In this document: positions 38,192 through 47,300 of the stretch, in pieces | How the letters are laid out: the number at the start of each line of letters is the position of its first letter | How positions within the stretch are numbered: the stretch's first letter is position 1 | Assembly: GCA_009392915.1 (NCBI GenBank) | Contig: CP045477.1 | Coordinates: 192,001 to 256,000 of the forward strand | Length of the DNA stretch: 64,000 nt | Reading direction: 5' to 3' | Source: Candidatus Forterrea multitransposorum CG_2015-17_Forterrea_25_41 | GTDB taxonomy: Archaea > Iainarchaeota > Iainarchaeia > Iainarchaeales > CSSED10-239 | Made by a program: the position numbers and the translations under genes | Notes under the pieces: generated by a model | The model's database searches: none | Seen by the model: the letters and a program-made list of their open reading frames with translations, nothing else | What the model was told of the DNA's origin: nothing

Positions 38192-39550
38192 ATGAAGTCA
38201 AAATTTATATTTTTAATATTTTCTTTAGTTTTATTATCTGGATTTATTTTTTCTGCAACTCCTGCAGATCCACCAGTAAGCAATACAGTTTTTAGTGTTG
38301 ATATCGTGCTTCCAAATCCATATTATGGATTAATTGTTGCAGATGCATCTAATCTTGCAAATCCAGATTCTGTTTCAACTCAATCAATACTTAATAATGC
38401 TGTTGTATTAAGTAAGATTGGGGCTAGTAATCCTGGTGCAAACAAATTTTTAAAAATTAATTCTACTGGAAATTCTCTTGAATGGGCAACTGTTGAAGGT
38501 GGTTCTAGTTCAGGAGATGGTGTAGTTTATACTGCAACAAACCCTATAAGTATTTCAAATAATGTTATAAGTTTAAATGATTCTGGAATAACTACTTTAA
38601 AATTAGCAAATAGTGCTGTTACTTCTGATAAATTATCAGAAAATTCAGTTACAACTACTAAATTAAATAATTCTGCAGTAACTAATACTAAAATTGCAGA
38701 TGGTGCAGTTAATAAAGATAAAATTGCAGTTAAATCTGTAGATCATGCAAGACTTGAAGTTTATCCTTTAGATAAATGTCCTGCTAATAATGCAACTATA
38801 ATTTATAGAAATAATAGATTAGAATGGTCAAATTCTATTGAATGTGGATCTGACATGTTTATTACAGGGGATATTTCTTCTACAAGAACACAAACTTATT
38901 ATCCAGCTCCATTTAATCAATGTGTAAAAGATGTAACTCACACTGTATCAGGAACTTCTTGTACAGGTGCATCTTGTCTTGAAGAATGGAGTCTTTTTAG
39001 AAGTGGAGGAAGTAATGCTGTTAATAATACTGTAAACAATATTAATGGTACAAGATCTGTTACTTTTAATGCTTCTGAAAATAATTTATATGCTTCAAGT
39101 TATGATATAAGATATAATTTATCTCAACCATCAACAGGGAAATCTGCAACTAGAATTAGAAATAGTAGTTATAATGGTTTTAATGCAATTTCTAATGAAG
39201 AAAATACTTGTGCTCCAGTAGTTCCAAGTTCTTTAAATGTTTTAAGATTTCCATCTGATGGATGTATTGATTATTTTGAAGTTAAAGCATTAGTTAGTTG
39301 TGTTGGTTCTTGTAATTATGTAATGTATGTAGATAATCTTCCTCATTCAGAAGGTTCATTTACTGGTACTCAAACAATTACTGAGAATGTATATGTTTCA
39401 GACATAATACATAATAATCCTAAAGTGAAATTTAAGATTACAAATACAGGCCCTGCTGGACTTGTAGGTCTTGAAAGAATTACACCTGAGGGTACACTTC
39501 AAATTACACTTCCACAAATGGTTGATGGACTTCTTTGTTCACAAAATTAA
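38192..39550 (+). CDS. Secreted protein with phage-tail-fibre-type short repeats and Cys-rich C-terminal domain
   Basis: 452-aa ORF; signal peptide; aa ~120-185 TTLKLANSAVTSDKLSENSVTTTKLNNSAVTNTKIADGAVNKDKIA (11-aa T/S..K(L/I)..AVT repeats of the Phage_fiber_2 kind); 12 Cys in C-terminal half. Confidence 0.55.
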   Translation: MKSKFIFLIFSLVLLSGFIFSATPADPPVSNTVFSVDIVLPNPYYGLIVADASNLANPDSVSTQSILNNAVVLSKIGASNPGANKFLKINSTGNSLEWATVEGGSSSGDGVVYTATNPISISNNVISLNDSGITTLKLANSAVTSDKLSENSVTTTKLNNSAVTNTKIADGAVNKDKIAVKSVDHARLEVYPLDKCPANNATIIYRNNRLEWSNSIECGSDMFITGDISSTRTQTYYPAPFNQCVKDVTHTVSGTSCTGASCLEEWSLFRSGGSNAVNNTVNNINGTRSVTFNASENNLYASSYDIRYNLSQPSTGKSATRIRNSSYNGFNAISNEENTCAPVVPSSLNVLRFPSDGCIDYFEVKALVSCVGSCNYVMYVDNLPHSEGSFTGTQTITENVYVSDIIHNNPKVKFKITNTGPAGLVGLERITPEGTLQITLPQMVDGLLCSQN

Positions 39551-39852
39551 GATTAATTTCTTAATTTCTTTTTCTTTTTTTTATTTTTTTTTCTTAATTA
39601 AATACCTTTTTAAATAGTTAGGTGTATATTATATCTAAATAATATATTTATTTTTAAGGTTATTAAGATATAAAAAGATCTAATCTCTTTAATAACAAAT
39701 TTTTATATCTTTTTTAAAAAAATATATTACTTTCATGTAGTTGTTTAAAAACTACATAACTTGGTTTGATTTTCAAACCAAAAAAACTATTTCTTATGGG
39801 AAATTTAAACCGAAGCTCTTTTAATACTTTCATGACATTATCATGATATATT

Positions 39853-40317
39853 ATGACACAAAATGACAATATCACAAAACAGATATTTTTAGAAAAGTTA
39901 TTAAAACAAGATACCAAAGAGCTGGGTTTGAATGATCTTATTCAGATCCAAGAGAAGTTTAACGATCCGTTGATACTTTCTGTAATATTACATCAACTTT
40001 TAGAAGAAAGAAAAAGAACAAACGAGATATTAAAAGATCTTTATGAAAAGTATGACTCTTTACAATTTTCTATTAAGAATAGTAAAGAATCTAGTAATTT
40101 AAATCAAGATCAAGATACAATTAATATCTTACCAGAAATAGATGATAAGATAATTTCTTTTATAAGAGCAAATCAAAAAGTTGATGCAGAACAAGTACAG
40201 GAAGCATTTAATTATAAAGGATCAAATGCAGCTTCTCAAAGACTTAATAGACTAGTAAAAGAAGGATACTTACGAAAAGTTCAAGCAGGAAGAAAGGTAT
40301 ACTTTATTGTAAAATGA
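39853..40317 (+). CDS. Winged-helix transcriptional regulator (MarR/TrmB-like C-terminal wHTH)
   Basis: 154-aa ORF; C-term QVQEAFNYKGSNAASQRLNRLVKEGYLRKVQAGRKVYFIVK. Confidence 0.45.
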   Translation: MTQNDNITKQIFLEKLLKQDTKELGLNDLIQIQEKFNDPLILSVILHQLLEERKRTNEILKDLYEKYDSLQFSIKNSKESSNLNQDQDTINILPEIDDKIISFIRANQKVDAEQVQEAFNYKGSNAASQRLNRLVKEGYLRKVQAGRKVYFIVK

Positions 40318-40481
40318 TTTTTCCCCTTAAAAATCATTTCCTTTAAAAAACCCCTTTAATATAGAAAAACTGTAAAAAACCCCTTTTTTACATTTTTTCA
40401 AAATTTATACCTTTTTTCCTTCTTTTAAAAATAAGTTTTTGTCTTTTATTTTAGTCATTTAATTTCCCTCTAAAAAACTTT

Positions 40482-40690
40482 AAAAAAGATTGTAAGGAAA
40501 ACTTTTTTGTTTCTTTCCTTCTTCTTTTCTGCCCTTTAATTATAAAAATACTTATTAAAAAAAAGATTGTAAGGAAAACTTTTTTGTTTCTTTCCTTCTT
40601 CTTTTCTGCCCTTTATTAAAAAATACTTATTAAAAAAAAGATTGTAAGGAAAACTTTTTTGTTTCTTTCCTTCTTCTTTTCTGCCCTTTA
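40482..40690. repeat. Three tandem direct repeats (~75 bp unit) upstream of the giant-protein gene cluster
   Basis: AAAAAAGATTGTAAGGAAAACTTTTTTGTTTCTTTCCTTCTTCTTTTCTGCCCTTTA core repeated at 40482, 40559 and 40633 with short variable linkers (period 77 and 74 nt). Confidence 0.85.
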
Positions 40691-40857
40691 TTTTTAACTT
40701 AAAAAACTAAAAAAACTATTTTTTTTAATTTTACAACTCTTTTTAAATATTTTGTATATATAGATTTAATACTAATGAAATTGCTTTTTAACCTATTAAG
40801 CAATCAATTTAGCTACATTATAATTTTATATTAAAAAGAAGGAGTTGACTTAAAAAT

Positions 40858-41193
40858 ATGAAACTAGAAAAAATTGGTGCATTTGCTTTTCTTGGTGGTA
40901 TCTTAATTTCAATTATTTTTGGACTTATTTACAATATTAACCATCCAGTATGGCTTTCAACTGTTTTAATTATTTTAGGATTAGTTGTTGGTCTTTTAAA
41001 CATTGAAGATAAAAACATATCTCTTTTCTTAATTGCATCCATTACATTTATTGCAACTAGTAACTCAATAAATGCAATACCTGTTATAGGAGATGTATTA
41101 AGAGGAGTTTTAGTTAATTTAGTATACTTTGTAGCTCCAGCTGCATTAGTAGTTTCAATTGTTGCAATTATTAGAGTTTCAAACTCTAAATAA
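40858..41193 (+). CDS. Small membrane protein (3 TM helices), hypothetical
   Basis: 111-aa hydrophobic ORF with AAGGAG RBS; preferred over the overlapping antisense ORF 40929-41228. Confidence 0.45.
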   Translation: MKLEKIGAFAFLGGILISIIFGLIYNINHPVWLSTVLIILGLVVGLLNIEDKNISLFLIASITFIATSNSINAIPVIGDVLRGVLVNLVYFVAPAALVVSIVAIIRVSNSK

Positions 41194-41362
41194 TTCTTTT
41201 TTTTTCTTTTTTTTAAATAAAAATACATTTTTTATCTATAAATAATGAATATTTAAATATTTCTATTTATAGTATATTTAAAGTATATATAAAAAACTTT
41301 ATATAGTAATAAATATATAATATTTATATAATATTTATAAATTTATAAATAAAGAAATAAAT

Positions 41363-44300
41363 ATGGTTAAAGATAAAAATAATTTAGGCTCAAATGAAAA
41401 CAATGAAAATAAACAAAATATTTTTTCAAGATTTTATAATTATCTTGAAGATAAATATTCTTCTTTATCAAACTGGCTTACAGAAAAAGGAATACCATTA
41501 AATAATTTAAATAATTATTTAGAGGAAAAAGGACTTCCTGCTTTTGCAATAGTTGCATCTATTTTATTATTATTAATCTTTATAATTGTTTTCTTAATTA
41601 TCTTTTCTTTTTCCAGTCAATCAACATTAATTTTTTCTGTTAAAGATTATTCTGGACTTTCAATCAATGATGCTTTTTTAAAAATTACAAATAGTTCAGG
41701 TAAGGAAATCTTTTCAGGAACTGTAAATGATACTGATGTTAAAAAATTAAAATTAAAATTAGGAGAATTATATTCTTTTAAATCAACTAAAGATGGATAT
41801 CCTGATTTTTCAAAATCAATAACTATTACTGATAAAGATCAAAAAGTACAAATTACTTTTTCAGAATCAATTGAGTATGGTATATTAAGAATAAAATTAA
41901 TAGATAGAGATAATAAAGGAATAATTACTTCAGGAACTGCGATCGCAAGATATTCAATTAATAATGCTCCTGAGTCTACAGAAAACATTGTAAATATTGC
42001 AAATGAACATTTTATTACTTTAGAAGTTCCAATGAATAAAGATATTGAACTTTTAGTTAGTGCAGATGGTTATGAAGATTTTAAAGAAACAAATTTTAGA
42101 ATAACTTTAGAAAATCAAGAAAAAGTAATTGAAATGGATATTTCTTCTTTATCTTTTGAAGGTAAAAGTCAAGTTACTTTTGTTGTTTTAGATACAGAAC
42201 AAAATCCAATTGATGGTGCTTTAGTAAGCATATATAATCTTGGAGATGAATTATTAGATTCAAAAAATACAATTGATGGAAGAGCTTTATCTTTTATTGA
42301 TAGTGGTTCTACAATATCTTATAAAGTTGAAAAAGAAGGTTATAGAACATTTGTAAGTGATCCTGAAGTTTCTTTTAGAATTACAAAATCTGAAATAACT
42401 TATAATGTTACTTTAGAAGAGGGTGGAAATTTTTTAGATGTGTTTGTAAAATCTGGTTCTAATTTTTTAGCTCTTGGAGATGTTGCAATTACTGTTTATG
42501 ATTTAAATAATAATATTATTAATTCTGGAAATACAGATGATTTAGGAAATTTAAAATTAACTGGTCTTTCTGATAAAGCACCAATTGTTGTAACTGCTTG
42601 TAAAGAAGATTTCCTTTGTGAAAATTTAACAGTAGATCTTTTAGAAAAAAGTTCAGTTGAGTTTACTTTAGAAAGAATAGATGTAACAAATAGTGCTATT
42701 CTGTCTGTTTTTGTTGTTGATGAAAAAAATTTACCGATCTCAAAAGCTTTTATAAAAATCTATCAATTACTTGAAGATGATAAAGAAGTTCCATACAACA
42801 CATCTCTTCAAACTGATCTTACAGGTTCTCTTTCAATACCTCTAAGAGTTGGAGATTCTTTTATAGTTTATTCATTAGTTGGAGAAGTTCAATATTTTGA
42901 AGAAATTACAATTGATGCTTTAAGAGAAAATAAAATAATTTTTGTAATGGATAATGCTTCTAAAATAATTAAATTAGATCTTTATGATGAAAATGGTTTT
43001 AAACTTACTTCAGGTTCTTTACTTGTAAAAACAAAAGATGGAACTGTTCTTTTTGATGGTAATTTATCTGAAACTGATCAAATAAGTTTTATTTCAGAAG
43101 GCTATAAAGATTTATATGCTGAATACACAGATGTTAATGGTAATAAATCTTCAATTAATTTTAATGCTGATGAATCTGAGTCAGATGGATATATAAGACT
43201 TGATTTTAATAAAGAAGTTAATTTAACAGATTATCCTGTAATTGAGTTTTCAGGAATTGTAGATTCTAAAGGAGTTAAATCAAATTTTGTAACAATAGGT
43301 AAAGAATATTATTTAATTTTTGATGTTTTATTCCCAGAAAATACTTATAAAGGACAAGTACATATTAGAGCTGGTGATGATACTCAAGTTGATGTTGAAG
43401 AAATGAGTTATGGTATAACTGGTTTTTCTGCAATGGATATTTATGATTTTAAATATGGTACAACATATAATAGTTCTCCTCTTCCAGGTTTAATGAATAT
43501 TGATCTTTTAAATGAAGGTTCTTCTCAAGTTTTAAATAAATGGCTTGAACTTAAATGGAATAGTGATCTTCCTTTAGGTAATAAACAAATCAAAGTAAAA
43601 ATAAATGTTATAGATGATTCTTATTCAAAATTAACTTTTAAATATAGAACTTTATTTGAAGAAAATAAATTATACTATAGAGATCCAGTTGACTCTTTAT
43701 TAAACCAAAGTTATTCTTCATCTCAAAAAGGTGCTTTATATGCAGATACAAAAGAAGTAAATATTGATGTTTATAATGTTCCTTTAGATTGTGAAGGTTC
43801 TCAATGTTTGTCATATACTTTTATTGATTCAAAAGGAAATGAATTTTCAAAAAATGATTTCTATGCTGTAAGAGATGAAACTTATTTTTTAAAAGTTAGT
43901 CTTTATTCTTTAGATAATAAACAATTAGATCTTTTAGCAGAAACTTCAAAAAGTTTCCCTTTAATTTCATTTGGTTCTTTTTCAGATAATCTTTATCAAA
44001 ATGAAATAATAAATGATAATTCTTTATTTGAAATTTCAAGAGATGGTTTTTTACTTTCTGAAAATTCTTTAAAAAATATTTATCTTTCATTTATCTCAAA
44101 AGATATTGGTGCTGCATATATTGATCTTAAAGCAACAGATGTTATTTTAGGAAATGAAATTTTAAACAATAGATTAAGTTTTAATGTTTATGATAAAAAA
44201 GAAATGAATGTTTTAGTTTCTCCAAGTAATTATGTTGATTATGGATCAAATTTTACTGTTGATGTTTTAGATTCAGTTTCTCTTGAACCTATTACAGATG

Positions 44301-47300
44301 CTTTTATTTCTTTTTATGATGTTAGAGATACTTTTATTTCTTCTTTAAAACCAAGTAATTCAAATGGAAGGAATGGAAAATATACTATTACAAATAATTT
44401 TAATACTTCAACTGTTAAAATGGTAGTTGAAAGATATGGTTATCTTCCTTATGAAACTGAAATTTATATTATTGATAATACTTTATTAAATGCAATTCCT
44501 TCAGAAATAATTTTTAATTTAGGTCTTGACCAAACAGCATCAACTTCAAATTTTAGTTTAGAAAACTTAGGTAATTATCAAGCAACAAATGTAAGGTTTG
44601 GAGAACCTATTTGGATTGAAGGTAGTGCTGGTATTTATCTTGAAGGAAGAGGTAATCCAATAATTAATAAAAACTCAACTCAAAATTATCAATTGTTACT
44701 TACAACAGAAAATGATGTTGAACTTAAAACAGCATATGCACATCTTCCAGTATATGCATCTGTAGGTCCTAGAGAAGTTACAAAAATATTAAATGTTAGA
44801 ATAAATAAAGGTTTAATGTTAAATGAATGTGTTGAAATTACTCCTTCTGAAGTTTCTTCTTTTGTTGGACTAAATGTTTCTTCAAATTATGCAGATCCTT
44901 TTAATACTCCTTTTGCAGATTATGATTATACTTCAAATACTTCAAATAATCCTATGCTTGCACCTTCTCAAAGTTATTCTAATTATGAAGAATATTTAAA
45001 TTCAAGTGGATATAACATTACTGATTCAACAGATAATGGTTATACTTACACAGATTCTAAAAATTATACTTATCATGCAACTTCTCCTGCTCTTAATTCT
45101 CAAATTACTGAAAACACAACTTATTTTACAATTAAAAATAATTGTTCTCAAGCTATAACTTTTAATCCTCAAGCAGTTTTAACTTCTTCATCATCAAATA
45201 ATAATTTAGAAGTTTCTCTTGCAAACATAACTGTTCTTCCAGGAGAAGAAAAAGTTTATGATGTTATTTTAAAAAATTCATCTGAACTTAAAAGAAAAAC
45301 AACATATACCTATAATGTTTTATGGCATAATAATTATTATTCAATAGCTCCTTCAGTTTTAAATGTTGATCTTTTAGATTTAAGTAGAGCTTTATGGGTT
45401 ATGCCACAACAAATAAATATTCCAATCTCTCAAGTACATCCTCAACAAGCTGCTGAAAATTATACTAGATTTTTTATTAAAAATATAGGTGCTGTTCCAA
45501 TAACTGATATACAAATAAGTCAGTATCCAAAAATGGTGTCTTCTAATATTAAAATAACTGAATATCCAAGACAAGTATCTGTTTTAGAACCAGGAAAAAC
45601 AATTCCTGTTGATTTAAAATTTTCAGTAAATATTAATAAATCTACATTAGATAATGCCTTTATACAAGTAACTGGTAAAGCTGTTGGTATTAGTGAACCA
45701 ATTACTTCAACAACACAATTAGTGTTTTCAATTTCTTCTCCAAATTGCTTAAAAGTAAGTAATAAAAATATTAATTTTGATTTAGAAGTTGGGGAAACAA
45801 GAGCAAGAAATATTACAATTACAAATCAATGTTCTGAACCTGTTACAATAGTTGGAATTGATAAAAAACAACAAGGATATTATCAAGCATATGGGGATAA
45901 TTCTTTTAGAATAACTCCTGCTTCTGGTAATCCAATAATTCCTGTTAACATGTCAAATTCTTATAGAATAGAGTTTACTGCAAATTCTTTAGGTGGTTCT
46001 CCAAAAACACCAATGATACTTCAAGGTAGATTAATGAATTCAGGTAATCCTGTAACTTCAGAAGAGGTTTTAGTTTCAATAACTATAGATGATATAATGG
46101 TTGGAGAAGAAGCTGAAAGAAATATTTCTATTTTATCTTCTCTTCCTTCTTGTGAAGATCCACAAAATATTAATTCATATAATAGACCATTAATTTCAAT
46201 TAAAGATTGTTCTGAAACTTCAGGATATTGTGATGGAGAATCTTCAGCTGAATTAATTTTAAAAAAAGTAAATGAACTTCAAAATGAAATTAAACAATTT
46301 TCTGCACAAACACAATCAAAAGTAATTGATACTGGTTGTACTCTTCAAGATGCATATAGTGGTTTTTGTAAAATATCTGAACTTGGTGGAGGAATTGATC
46401 CTGTTGAGTTTTCTTTCTTTATGCAAAATGATAATGTTACACCTGATTTAATTAAATCTATTTTAACAAAATCAAATTATTCTTTTAAAAATTATTTTGT
46501 TGAAACAAATATTTTTAATAAAGAAATTAAAACTATAAATCAATATTCTTCTTATGGGGTATATGCTGGTGGAAATAAAATATTTGTATCTCCTCACCTA
46601 TCAGGTTGTGGAAAATATACAGTAGAGATTGATGGTTATGTTGCTGCAAGTCCAGATTATATTTATCCTGAAAGAGCATATTATTATATTAATGTTGTAG
46701 AAAAAGATACTAACACTATTCATTGTGAGAAAAATATTGTAAATTATTTAAATTATCTTCCATGGGATCTTTCTTTTAATAAAAACCAAAGAGCAGGAAC
46801 TTGGCTTACTTTATTTACTGGTGATGAAAATTTATCAAAAGCTTTAATTAAAAGTGTGGGTAAGTTTAAGTCAGATGAAATTGATTTAAGATATGTTTAT
46901 AATAAAGATGTTTTATCTACAAGAAATAGTACTTTAAATGTTTCAACTGGAGAGATTTCTGAAAATAAAGAAGCTCTTGCAAAAATTTCTTTTAATGATA
47001 CTTCTTTAAGAAAAAGCTCTTCTCCAGAACAAATAGATATTACTTTAAATTCTCTTTATAATTCTCCTGAAGGTAAAACTTCTGAGTATGCTGTTAAAGA
47101 TTTTTCAAAAGTAATTTCTTCAATGATTTCAGATAATGATTATTCTGCAAAAGTTTGTATTTCTGAAGATAAAACATATATGCTTGTTTTAGATGTTATT
47201 TCAGCAGGAGATTTAACTTTTGTTGATAAAGAAGTAAGTCTTCCTTTAAAGGATGGAGCTTCATGTTCTTTATTAAAAGTTAAATCATCAGTTCCTGAAA

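Noticed and set aside
39714-39917. 67-aa minus-strand ORF overlapping the start of the wHTH regulator gene
   Set aside because: It has no RBS or conserved features, it overlaps the better-supported plus-strand gene by 65 nt, and it lies in a likely promoter region.
40482-40690. Possible CRISPR array
   Set aside because: There are only three units. The variable parts are short (15-25 nt), AT-only and partly similar to each other, and the whole ~75-bp unit including the linker repeats. No cas genes are nearby. It is called a tandem direct repeat instead.
40929-41228. 99-aa minus-strand ORF
   Set aside because: It is antisense to the 111-aa three-TM membrane protein ORF, which has an AAGGAG RBS and a coherent hydrophobic profile. 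The minus ORF is Lys/Thr-rich and implausible.
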